This document shows positions 38,404 to 46,760 of a DNA stretch of 56,698 nt, in pieces. Numbering within the stretch: the stretch's first letter is position 1; the number at the start of each line of letters is the position of its first letter. This DNA comes from a virus (lineage: Duplodnaviria > Caudoviricetes). Made by a program: the position numbers and the translations under genes. Location of the stretch: IMG/VR virus record IMGVR_UViG_3300044646_000655, positions 1 to 56,698 of that record. One strand, given 5' to 3'. A model generated the notes under the pieces. That model made no database searches and was not told the origin of the DNA. It was given only the letters and a program-made list of their open reading frames with translations.

Positions 38404-39168
38404 TTATAATTTGTTATAATGTGATAAAACTATTTCTTTCTCTTCTTCAGATAACTTGCTGAAGATATCATCGGGTATTGTGTTCCCAAGGTATCCATCC
38501 TCATTAAAGTTCTGATCTACATAGAATCCGGGGAGAACTTCTTCAGTTGACAAAGAGGATGGTCTACCTAAGGTAAAGCAGATATCTGTTCCAAATTTAT
38601 CCTCCTCATCTTGTTTGTAGTTAGCAACTGTTTCGCACTCAATGTAATCATATTCATCTGAATCTACAATCTTACCATTCTCTACAATAAAGGTAGCACC
38701 GAATCCTTGCTCCTCTTCCCAATGCCAAATAAAGTCAGGGAAATCCAAGGCAAACAATTCTACGATTTCGGGACGCATTGGTGACCAGGCGGTGGTGCAA
38801 GTGTAGGTTTCACCATCGATATCGTTATCATAGCATCCCCATTTTGTACCCCATCTATCGTTCGACCAATCGTACCAATTGTCGTGACCATACAATTGAA
38901 TGAGGCGAGACTGCATCTTCTTGGTGATGGGCTTGGGTTCATAGAAGTATGGCTTGGTACGATCAATCTTTTCATTCTCTTTCATTATCCGTTTGTATTC
39001 GGACTCAGATACTACATTGGCTGGAGATTGCGTGTCAACCAAGTCAGTAGGTATAGGGATGTAGTATCCACATAAGCCGTGGTGATTAGACTCGATTTTC
39101 TTTAAGATTTCTTTTTGCTTGTCTGTCAAGTTAGACATTGCGAAGTGGTGTGAAACGTGATTTGGCAT
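38404..39168 (-). CDS. DUF1281/YubB-like protein
   Basis: MPN start, NWYDW....WGTKW, TAWSP. Confidence 0.7.
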   Translation of the reverse strand: MPNHVSHHFAMSNLTDKQKEILKKIESNHHGLCGYYIPIPTDLVDTQSPANVVSESEYKRIMKENEKIDRTKPYFYEPKPITKKMQSRLIQLYGHDNWYDWSNDRWGTKWGCYDNDIDGETYTCTTAWSPMRPEIVELFALDFPDFIWHWEEEQGFGATFIVENGKIVDSDEYDYIECETVANYKQDEEDKFGTDICFTLGRPSSLSTEEVLPGFYVDQNFNEDGYLGNTIPDDIFSKLSEEEKEIVLSHYNKL

Positions 39169-39178
39169 AGTATTATTT

Positions 39179-39424
39179 TTAGTTTTTTATTGAAAATTTA
39201 ATTGAATCATCGGATATACATTTACATCCACCATAGACGGTACCATTGGTTGCTTCCTCTACCATCTCTATTAATTTCCAAGATGATAAGCCATTGGCTT
39301 TGTGTTTAGTGTGGTAAAAGTATTCTTTACCTTGATTAGCTACTGATTGAGCATAGTCTAAAACTGATTGTAATTCTTGCTGATGCAATTTTTCTTGTGC
39401 GTCTTTGTTTACTCTGATTTCCAT
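39179..39424 (-). CDS. Hypothetical early protein
   Basis: ORF in operon. Confidence 0.5.
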   Translation of the reverse strand: MEIRVNKDAQEKLHQQELQSVLDYAQSVANQGKEYFYHTKHKANGLSSWKLIEMVEEATNGTVYGGCKCISDDSIKFSIKN

Positions 39425-39428
39425 AATT

Positions 39429-40088
39429 TTATTTGTTTAAGATGTAATTTGAATATTGAACTGCGATTGCCTCGGCAATACCTTTGAATGTACGATTGCG
39501 TATCTTCTGACGCTCTTCGGGACTCTTACCCTTAAATGCATCCATATACCATTGTGCTTGGCGTTTAGTCTTACCGGTCTTTGGATCTACCCATTCAAAG
39601 AATTGACCTTTGTCAACTACATTGGTGTGCTTGAGTAGTGGTAAGTCTTTAAGCCATAAGCAAGTTGACTTTTGGAATGGGTCTCCGAACTGCCACGGCT
39701 GAATAATCTGATCAGGCTTACGAAATACGGATGACATAATACCGATTGGATTCTCAACGGCAATGTGAGGGATGGGAGCATCGATGAGAGTTTTGAAAAA
39801 CTCTATGGCATCAGCTCGTTGTTGCTGACGATTGGGATAGAGATGTTTGTACTCATCTTTGTACCATCTATTCCCGGAAACAGTAAGGTAGGTACAAGGT
39901 GGATGGGCAATCATTAAGTCCCACTCATATGCATTGATGACATTACGCACATCGCATTGGTAATGGTAAGGACTATTGTCTTCTGATGGTACAATGTCAC
40001 AAGAGTATGCATTGTGACCTAATTTACGGAATTCGTTACGGATCGCACCGCTGAATTCACAAGCGATTAATACATTTAGTTTTCTCAT
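39429..40088 (-). CDS. DNA cytosine methyltransferase-like protein
   Basis: IACEFSG, IAHPPCT, VENP, KSTCLWL, R.RTF.GIA.A.A.Q. Confidence 0.8.
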   Translation of the reverse strand: MRKLNVLIACEFSGAIRNEFRKLGHNAYSCDIVPSEDNSPYHYQCDVRNVINAYEWDLMIAHPPCTYLTVSGNRWYKDEYKHLYPNRQQQRADAIEFFKTLIDAPIPHIAVENPIGIMSSVFRKPDQIIQPWQFGDPFQKSTCLWLKDLPLLKHTNVVDKGQFFEWVDPKTGKTKRQAQWYMDAFKGKSPEERQKIRNRTFKGIAEAIAVQYSNYILNK

Positions 40089-40216
40089 TTCTTTTTAAAA
40101 ATAATCCACCAATGGTGATTTAGTACGACAAAGGATATTTGAATATAGTCATCGTTATTGATGAGATTGATGTATGGGGTACTATAAGTACCCCATTTTG
40201 TGTGATTGATTTTCAT
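40085..40216 (-). CDS. Small hypothetical protein (43 aa, not in ORF track)
   Basis: MKINHTKWG...WWIIFKKK; ATGA overlap at both ends. Confidence 0.45.
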   Translation of the reverse strand: MKINHTKWGTYSTPYINLINNDDYIQISFVVLNHHWWIIFKKK

Positions 40217-40587
40217 AATTGTTCTTTTAATTTTTTGATTTCTGATTCTAATTCTTCGATACGCATTGCTACGTTTATATAGTCCGTTATCCGATCGTCA
40301 ATCCACTCAAGGATATTCCAATAGTCTGGTGAGTTATGTAGAAATTGGAACTCTTCGTAACTATCCCACCAATCGGTGTGAATGAACCTCTGATACAAGT
40401 AGTTGTATAGATTTCCATTTAAATCGAGATAATCGATTAGTAATTCGGTAGTCATTTCACCTTGCCAAAAGTTAATACCTACTAACTGATTGTTGTCAAA
40501 ATGCATTACGATATTTCTATCTGATGCACCGATTGTTTCCACGACTAATGTTCTGTCGGGCATATTGTTTTTCTTTAAGTTTATCAT
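40213..40587 (-). CDS. Hypothetical early protein
   Basis: ORF; start at 40587 or 40563. Confidence 0.5.
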   Translation of the reverse strand: MINLKKNNMPDRTLVVETIGASDRNIVMHFDNNQLVGINFWQGEMTTELLIDYLDLNGNLYNYLYQRFIHTDWWDSYEEFQFLHNSPDYWNILEWIDDRITDYINVAMRIEELESEIKKLKEQL

Positions 40588-40600
40588 TTGTTTTCTTCTA

Positions 40601-40774
40601 TTAATTTTGACAAGCATCCCAACATTCACTCAAATTCTCGTAGAGTAAATGTTGCTTATAATATTTGTAAGTTCCATCCATAGTGATTTGATCATCACTT
40701 AATTCAATCTTGGTATAACTACCGGTCCTTTGACCATACGAATCACGATTGCAATAATAATAAGTCTTTCTCAT
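40601..40774 (-). CDS. Small hypothetical protein (57 aa, not in ORF track)
   Basis: MRKTYYYCNRDSYG...; ATGA coupling. Confidence 0.5.
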   Translation of the reverse strand: MRKTYYYCNRDSYGQRTGSYTKIELSDDQITMDGTYKYYKQHLLYENLSECWDACQN

Positions 40775-40953
40775 TGGTTTTCTTCTATTAATTGGTTGAT
40801 TGATTCGATGGCTAAACCTACCTCTTGGAATGTTGACCCACCCTCGTGAATTTCATCTTGGGCAAGGTAGTAAAGGTCTACGATTTGTTCTTTTAATTCT
40901 GGATGCTCTGCGATTTTCTCGTGGCAGAATTCTTTTAGATAATCTAAATTCAT
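40771..40953 (-). CDS. Hypothetical early protein
   Basis: HP.LK..I..LY.L..DEI.EGGS motif. Confidence 0.55.
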   Translation of the reverse strand: MNLDYLKEFCHEKIAEHPELKEQIVDLYYLAQDEIHEGGSTFQEVGLAIESINQLIEENQ

Positions 40954-41192
40954 TTGAATAATTGTTTAAGTTCTTGTTTAATTTGTTTGGCTTTATCACC
41001 TCGCCAGGCGGTTGCATTGGATAAGAAATAGGTTACGATTGTTTTGGCTGAGTCCGAACCATAGGTATCGTTAGGTTTGTCTAACCACATCATTGCTGAT
41101 AGGTATGGCATAGCACCATAGTTAACTTTCTTCCAATCGGCTTTGATATCCGATGCGATTTCGTGAATTGGTCTGTTAGTCGTTGTATTCAT
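40950..41192 (-). CDS. Conserved phage early protein
   Basis: RPIHEIA..I..DW..V..GA.PYL.AM..YFLSNA..WRG..AK..K.EL; start 41192. Confidence 0.65.
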   Translation of the reverse strand: MNTTTNRPIHEIASDIKADWKKVNYGAMPYLSAMMWLDKPNDTYGSDSAKTIVTYFLSNATAWRGDKAKQIKQELKQLFK

Positions 41193-41463
41193 GGCATTGT
41201 TCTGAATTAAGTCTACCCCAATAGTCGTTGTACATTTCAAGGAAGTCATCTTCATTACGGCAGTCCCATACTTTGAATTGCCAATACTCTTTCTCGTTCT
41301 CTGATGCATAGTAGATAAGCATATCGAGACGCATTTCTTTTTCTGAATCATACTCGTTATGCATACCATCGAATGAAGATGTCCATACTCTGTCTTCGGA
41401 ATGGTAGGTACTAACATAACTGAAAGTACCTACCTCGTTTTTGAATTCTTGTTCTTTAATCAT
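41176..41463 (-). CDS. Hypothetical early protein
   Basis: ATG 41463 (MIKEQEF). Confidence 0.5.
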   Translation of the reverse strand: MIKEQEFKNEVGTFSYVSTYHSEDRVWTSSFDGMHNEYDSEKEMRLDMLIYYASENEKEYWQFKVWDCRNEDDFLEMYNDYWGRLNSEQCHEYND

Positions 41464-41530
41464 TTCTTTTCTATAAAATAAGTTATTACTGACATTACAC
41501 ATAGTGCAACCATACCCCATACAAATACTA

Positions 41531-41791
41531 CTACTCCGCACATACTTTCTTGATTGTTGGTTTTGTTGGATCAATGGGTGCGATACTTACATAATGCTTT
41601 AGCTCTTCAATCTCTTCAGTAAATTCATCAGAGGGAAAATTTGCATAAGTCTCAAGTATTTTGAGTGCTTGTTCTTTTTGGTCTTCCGTTAAGAATGAAC
41701 TAAAGTGAGCGAAATGATGTAAGGCATCACCGATGTTTTGCCACCATTTGAATGCAATGTGCATTACTCTAAAAGGAATTGTCTTGTTCAT
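41531..41791 (-). CDS. Hypothetical early protein
   Basis: ORF in operon. Confidence 0.45.
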   Translation of the reverse strand: MNKTIPFRVMHIAFKWWQNIGDALHHFAHFSSFLTEDQKEQALKILETYANFPSDEFTEEIEELKHYVSIAPIDPTKPTIKKVCAE

Positions 41792-41792
41792 A

Positions 41793-42506
41793 TTAATGTT
41801 CTAAAATTATTACTGATTTTTTACCTTTACCTTTTGTACCACTACATAGTCCACACTTGGAGCAGTTAGATTTGAATCCCATTTCTTCTGATGCTGGGCA
41901 ACTGATGAATTGTGATTGGGTCTCAGATGCTACAACGAATGACCTATACCCGATGAGGGTTGCAATTTCCTCCTCCATTGCTGAATGAACACTTGCCATA
42001 AAGTACGGAGCATACTCGTCACGTTTACGCCATTGGTGGGTGTACCCCGTCCAAGACTTGGCAACATTACACATACGTTCTACCAAATCCAGGGGAAGTA
42101 AGGACGGCTCACCATATGTACCAAAGCGGATATACCTACCGACAGACATACTGATGATTTGGATATTGTGAAGATCGTGATATGTAGGTATGTCATCAAA
42201 GCTTTTGTATTGCTTACCTACACTACGCAATTGAGATAGGAATCCACTATACTGCATCATCTTGTGAGTATAACACGCTGACAACTTTGCACCATTGGAT
42301 ACTGCGAATGGGCAGTCCATACATACCTTGCCGTCCCCGGAGAAGAAGTCACGCATGGTTGTCTTGCCTTGTGCCTCATCGAATTGTTCACGGCTAAAGT
42401 GATATGTCTGAACAATCTTTTCTTTAGGGGATGCAATCTTCTTGTTGCTTGTGGTGGAGGCACTAACGATATGTAGCACCTCCCCGATTCTGAATACTAA
42501 TTTCAT
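41793..42506 (-). CDS. Cys-rich Gp88-like/possible Fe-S protein
   Basis: C..CP..CY, RFGTYGEP, WTGYTHQW, CPA..C..C.LC. Confidence 0.55.
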   Translation of the reverse strand: MKLVFRIGEVLHIVSASTTSNKKIASPKEKIVQTYHFSREQFDEAQGKTTMRDFFSGDGKVCMDCPFAVSNGAKLSACYTHKMMQYSGFLSQLRSVGKQYKSFDDIPTYHDLHNIQIISMSVGRYIRFGTYGEPSLLPLDLVERMCNVAKSWTGYTHQWRKRDEYAPYFMASVHSAMEEEIATLIGYRSFVVASETQSQFISCPASEEMGFKSNCSKCGLCSGTKGKGKKSVIILEH

Positions 42507-42832
42507 TTCAATAGGTCTTTATGTGAATTTCTAACAAGGTCAGTAATGAATTCGCCAATGGTATTGTACAACTTGTATCCTTTCTCACAAAATCCAAGAT
42601 CGTCAGAATACATTAGCATATAAGTTGCAGTTTCTTCTTCTTCATTACGCCATGAATTGGGTAAGAACAAGGTATAGGTTTGGGTCTCAGTCTCAATTTC
42701 CAGTGAGGGACTGATATCATTAAGGGAAGTAACATCAGTAATACCAATGTACAACTCTTCATGCTTAACTAAATTCTCTAATAGAGAATGCACATAGTTC
42801 AGATTCTCGTTCCAATAAAAATTATGTCTCAT
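42503..42832 (-). CDS. Hypothetical early protein
   Basis: Start MRHNFYW. Confidence 0.5.
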   Translation of the reverse strand: MRHNFYWNENLNYVHSLLENLVKHEELYIGITDVTSLNDISPSLEIETETQTYTLFLPNSWRNEEEETATYMLMYSDDLGFCEKGYKLYNTIGEFITDLVRNSHKDLLK

Positions 42833-42836
42833 GATA

Positions 42837-43064
42837 TTATTTATTTTTCTTTTCTTCAATGTGAAATACTGACATGATAACACCAACAAAGTAACCCAAT
42901 ACACTAAAGACAAGCATTGCATTTGAACTAACGATACCGAAGAAATACGATTGGGTTAGGACGGCTAATAGTCCGCTAATAGTGAAGTTGATTAGAATAA
43001 TGGCGATTGCATTGATAACAAATACGCCAATTACTTTTGCGATTGTTTTAATTAAGTTTCGCAT
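42837..43064 (-). CDS. Small membrane protein
   Basis: Two TM helices. Confidence 0.55.
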   Translation of the reverse strand: MRNLIKTIAKVIGVFVINAIAIILINFTISGLLAVLTQSYFFGIVSSNAMLVFSVLGYFVGVIMSVFHIEEKKNK

Positions 43065-43084
43065 ATATTTTTTATTTAAGTTTG

Positions 43085-43153
43085 AGATGTCAGTAGAATC
43101 GAACTACTAATAGTTTTAGTCAAATTATTGTCTATCGTAACCATACGACATCT
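43085..43153 (-). ncRNA. tRNA-like RNA A (no canonical anticodon arm)
   Basis: AGATGTC/GACATCT stem, GTA-TGGT-TAC hairpin, AGTAG-TTCGATT-CTACT T-arm. Confidence 0.55.
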
Positions 43154-43345
43154 ATGAATCTAATACGTCAATGAACGAGTTAATTAGTCAAATAAGGCTT
43201 GGATATCTCTATCCACATTCAATTATAATCCCTCCGCAAACATTCACCCATTTATGTACAACAAATTACATGGACTACCTTTTACATTGGCAACTATAAA
43301 CCAAGACTAATAAACCAAAGAACGGATGTCCAGTAAATTGGACAT

Positions 43346-43395
43346 TGGATGCCGTTAGTAGAATCGAACTACTATAAACCCACCAAGGACGGCAT
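43346..43395 (-). ncRNA. tRNA-like mini RNA B ending in CCA
   Basis: ATGCCGT/ACGGCAT stem, CCT-TGGT-GGG hairpin, identical T-arm, 3' CCA. Confidence 0.6.
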
Positions 43396-43409
43396 TGGGA
43401 CTCAGACTA

Positions 43410-43883
43410 TTAGTCTAAGAAATCAACTACTTGTGTATCCAAGAATTCACGAATTTCTGATTCACTATTTTTTGAAGTATAGCATACATCGTAAATATCA
43501 CCAAAGTTAGATGCTTTATATGTATCGTCTAATGATGCATATAGCATAGCACAAAGCAATTTCACAAATCTTTGTTGACCATCTTTGGTGTTTGACATTC
43601 TTGCCTTGGATTTAATTTCTTCAGTAACATCCATGTCTTTGTGCATTGGATTCGCAATTGTATCGCATAAACGATTGCCCTCTACTTCAAGAATGAAATC
43701 AAATGATTTGTTAAATGAGAATCCTTTGTTCCCACATTTACGAATCAAAATTGCTGACCTAAAAAACTTGAATACGATTTGACCTACTAACTGACCAAAT
43801 GTACAAGTGAATGAAGGATTCAATTCTACTGCAATAGTGTGTGAGAATTCGCTGCCTTGTGTTAATGTGAATGTTGTTTTCAT
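43410..43883 (-). CDS. Hypothetical protein (first gene of the leftward early operon)
   Basis: 157 aa ORF immediately downstream of a consensus promoter. Confidence 0.6.
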   Translation of the reverse strand: MKTTFTLTQGSEFSHTIAVELNPSFTCTFGQLVGQIVFKFFRSAILIRKCGNKGFSFNKSFDFILEVEGNRLCDTIANPMHKDMDVTEEIKSKARMSNTKDGQQRFVKLLCAMLYASLDDTYKASNFGDIYDVCYTSKNSESEIREFLDTQVVDFLD

Positions 43884-43942
43884 GGTGTGTGTGTTTTTTA
43901 ATTAGTGTTTAAAATGTGTTTTGATTTCGTGATTCGATGTTG

Positions 43943-43974
43943 CAATTATACAATCATATCGTTTCGTTTGTCAA
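43943..43974 (-). promoter_or_regulatory. Strong early promoter TTGACA-N18-TATAAT(TG)
   Basis: -35 at 43969-43974, -10 at 43945-43950; also reads TATAATTG, a TAnnTTTG variant. Confidence 0.6.
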
Positions 43975-44027
43975 GTATTTTTTTTTTGAATAAGAAAATA
44001 TACCAAAGCTTTTTTCAAATTGGTTAA

Positions 44028-44476
44028 TTGAAAATGAATGAGTTAAGTATGTTATTTAGAATCATTATGAGTTTGAAAATATTTTTTCTGATAGTCAAAA
44101 TTGGATAAAAAAAGTAGCAAATGAACGAATGAGATGAATCAGAAATTTGGTCAAAATTATTTTGCCCGAAATCAAAACAAGATAAAAAATTGAGATTGGA
44201 AATTGAAGTTGGGAATTAACCTATAGAATGTGGAGCAATCGAATTTTGAAAATAGGCAAAAACAGTTAGTGTCCAGTTTATTAGACACAAGCTTAACGAT
44301 CCAAGTATAGATCCCTATTTTATTTCATTGATATGCAATGAGTTAGCATTGATTTAAATGTATATGTTTGTTCGAATGTGTATAGATAAAGATGGGTTTA
44401 TGTTTTTGATTTTCAATGAGTTAGGTTGATGTTGCGTATAAAAAATGATTTAAATTGCTGAAAATCAAGGAGTTAG
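44028..44476 (+). repeat. Four co-oriented TGAwwwnnAAnGAGTTA (IHF-box-like) repeats
   Basis: At 44028, 44328, 44406, 44458; the last matches WATCAAnnnnTTR exactly. Confidence 0.55.
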
Positions 44477-44641
44477 GGCGGGGATGTTTTTTTTCGCCAC
44501 CCTACCGACTAAAGCAACGTAATTACCTTCACCACTCGCACAAACTTTATTTTGCACTAGGTATCACTTTCCACTACTTTTTGCAAATTTATTCTCTTCA
44601 AACAATCGCCACTAAATTATATCTGCTGTCAAATATTAGCC

Positions 44642-44692
44642 GGGGGGTATTTTTCAGACATGGGGGGTAAACTTGGGGGGTGACTTGGGGGG
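44642..44692 (+). repeat. Four G6 tracts (G-quadruplex-forming motif)
   Basis: G6-N14-G6-N7-G6-N6-G6. Confidence 0.7.
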
Positions 44693-45119
44693 TACTTTTT
44701 TTCAACCCCATATTGTTTTACCAAATTATACCGATACTAAAAATTTTTTGGTCTAAACACGGGAATTTTCGAGACCGACTAAAGTAAAACTAAAGAAATT
44801 CATCATTGCAACAGCATTTTACCGATAGGGCATATTTATGCATAAAGGCGAATTCTCTAGGAATTTATTACCGATAGGGTATAAAAGATAATATACTAGC
44901 TGGTATTATACCACAAGGGGTATAATGTCGCATATATTAACCATTAGCATATGTCTTTGCATATAATGAATGAAAAAGCCGACATATTATATCGGCTTGC
45001 ATATAGTTCCTTAAGATGTGGCGAAAAGTTCCTTAAGTTGCACTTTTGGTAATAAGTGGTAACAAAAGGACCTGAAATGTGGGGTTTTGTGCTTTTTAAT
45101 ACACGTTATTGTGATTTTT

Positions 45120-45455
45120 TCACAATTCCTTATGATTAGACAAATCTTCCTTAAGTCTACGGAGGAATGATTCTTCTCCATCGTCTCCTGATAATAACCA
45201 ATCTATACGATGGGCATATATCTGAGCCCTATGCAAAAGGTTAACTGCTTCCTTGAACTTCTCTATTACCTCTGGAGGATATTCATAGTGGTTTATGTGA
45301 CCTGGGTTTCTTTCTAGCCATTCTTTATTTACCCAGGGTTCTTGTCTGAGTTCTTCCTCTGTCTTTCTTCTACCGTTCTTTTCTATTTGGGTTTCTATGC
45401 TTTCTGCTATATACCCTATCTTGTATTGATCGTAATCAAAGTGTCCTCCGCTCAT
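45120..45455 (-). CDS. Conserved phage hypothetical protein
   Basis: MSGGHFDY...IDWLLSGDDGEE. Confidence 0.7.
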   Translation of the reverse strand: MSGGHFDYDQYKIGYIAESIETQIEKNGRRKTEEELRQEPWVNKEWLERNPGHINHYEYPPEVIEKFKEAVNLLHRAQIYAHRIDWLLSGDDGEESFLRRLKEDLSNHKEL

Positions 45456-45613
45456 TGTTGTTTCCTCCAGCTTATGTAAACAGAATGGAATCCGAGACCC
45501 AAAGTAAACAGGTACTTATGCTTGTCCCACTCCCTAGTCTGTACGGTGATTCCTAATTCAAACCACCAAGGGTCATTCTCTATCAATTGGTGCTTAACTA
45601 ATTTTATCTTCAT
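45452..45613 (-). CDS. Small hypothetical protein (53 aa, not in ORF track)
   Basis: MKIKLVKHQ...; ATGA overlaps at both ends. Confidence 0.5.
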   Translation of the reverse strand: MKIKLVKHQLIENDPWWFELGITVQTREWDKHKYLFTLGLGFHSVYISWRKQQ

Positions 45614-45741
45614 TTGTTACCTCCGTGAATTACTACTTTATCAAATTTTAATTTACCCCAATATCTTATCATAACACATTTGTTATTGTAGCAAAATTCC
45701 ACACTAGGGAATTTACATTTTAAATCAAAGTTTATTTTCAT
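45610..45741 (-). CDS. Small hypothetical protein (43 aa, not in ORF track)
   Basis: Ends GGNK; ATGA overlaps at both ends. Confidence 0.5.
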   Translation of the reverse strand: MKINFDLKCKFPSVEFCYNNKCVMIRYWGKLKFDKVVIHGGNK

Positions 45742-45965
45742 TTGTCACCTCCCATCTTTGGAGCATCAACTTCAAACTTGTAGATTTCACACTCGTGTCC
45801 GTGATTACGCATTCCATAGGCGTAATTCTCTATCGATTGCTTATCTCTACTAGGACCATTGGAGAACATCATTCCGTTACTCCAATAAATGCAGCAGTAT
45901 ACTGTAACCTTACTTGGTATTGCTACTTCTACTGCTTCAACTGATTTTATTTCTATGTCTTTCAT
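45738..45965 (-). CDS. Hypothetical protein
   Basis: Ends GGDK. Confidence 0.5.
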   Translation of the reverse strand: MKDIEIKSVEAVEVAIPSKVTVYCCIYWSNGMMFSNGPSRDKQSIENYAYGMRNHGHECEIYKFEVDAPKMGGDK

Positions 45966-45966
45966 A

Positions 45967-46188
45967 TTAGTCTAAACTTAATCCGTCTTCATTCATCTTT
46001 TGATATAGCATATCTCTTATCTCTTCATATACCTTATATTGCTCTTCTGATAACTTATCGTTGTACTTAAGCTGAGACCGAAGATGTTGGTCGAAGTCCC
46101 AAACCATAAGTCTCCACTTCTGTCCATTGACAGCATCCTGGAAATCCTCTTGATCATCCGGGAGATTGAATTCTATTGTTGCTTTCAT
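45967..46188 (-). CDS. Conserved phage hypothetical protein
   Basis: MKATIEFNLPDD..F..A..G..W. Confidence 0.65.
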   Translation of the reverse strand: MKATIEFNLPDDQEDFQDAVNGQKWRLMVWDFDQHLRSQLKYNDKLSEEQYKVYEEIRDMLYQKMNEDGLSLD

Positions 46189-46193
46189 AGTTG

Positions 46194-46336
46194 TAGTCAG
46201 GACAGGATTTGAACCTGTAATTATGTTTCAAAGTCCGAGTCCAAAACATAAATATTGTGTTGAGGTATTGATCTTCATCGGTCATTCTACCAACCCTCTC
46301 TACCACACTTGCGTCTACCAATTTCGCCACCTGACT
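46194..46336 (-). ncRNA. tRNA-Leu-derived pseudo-tRNA with expanded anticodon and variable arms
   Basis: AGTCAGG/CCTGACT acceptor, TGGCGAAATTGGTAGACGC D-arm, ACAGG-TTCAAAT-CCTGT T-arm, about 90 nt insert. Confidence 0.65.
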
Positions 46337-46453
46337 ATGTTCAGGTTTTTGCATTAAGCATCCATAGAACCTGATAACTATGCCGACTCACGATTCGGAA
46401 GGTCTGCTGTTCTTATGGGAAGCTTCCTTGTTTTCGATCCCCTGGCCTAGAGG

Positions 46454-46747
46454 CTAATATCTTTTCCAGACGATGGTGATGTCGGGATAACGAATTACAA
46501 CTTTGTCTTCGCCTTCTATGTTTACTCTCTCTGCATTGCGGATGAATAATGGGTTGACAGTTACGCTGTCCCCTACTTCAACTCCGGTTACTTCTGTACC
46601 AATGGCGAATACTTCTAGTTTATTAAACTTCTGCATTTCCTTTTCCATCCATTGTCTTTCTAACTCCTCTGACAATTGGAGAGTTGGCTTGTTAATTTGG
46701 GGTAGGGTCAAAAGAATCCGAGGCCCAAGCAGTTTAAATTCTGACAT
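46454..46747 (-). CDS. GroES-like co-chaperonin
   Basis: LLGPRILL...VFAIG.EV..VEVGD.V. Confidence 0.65.
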   Translation of the reverse strand: MSEFKLLGPRILLTLPQINKPTLQLSEELERQWMEKEMQKFNKLEVFAIGTEVTGVEVGDSVTVNPLFIRNAERVNIEGEDKVVIRYPDITIVWKRY

Positions 46748-46760
46748 ATTAGTGTATATA

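Larger units (their letters stand above)
43884..45119. other. Non-coding control region (likely terminus/pac or origin)
   Basis: No credible ORF; IHF-like repeats, G6 tracts, short direct repeats. Confidence 0.6.

Noticed and set aside
43884-45119. CRISPR array or coding ORF 44455-44670
   Set aside because: Repeats are short, degenerate and irregularly spaced; the ORF has a TTG start and runs through homopolymer tracts.
46154-46357. ORFs 46154-46354 (-) and 46166-46357 (+)
   Set aside because: They overlap the pseudo-tRNA, which explains the sequence better.
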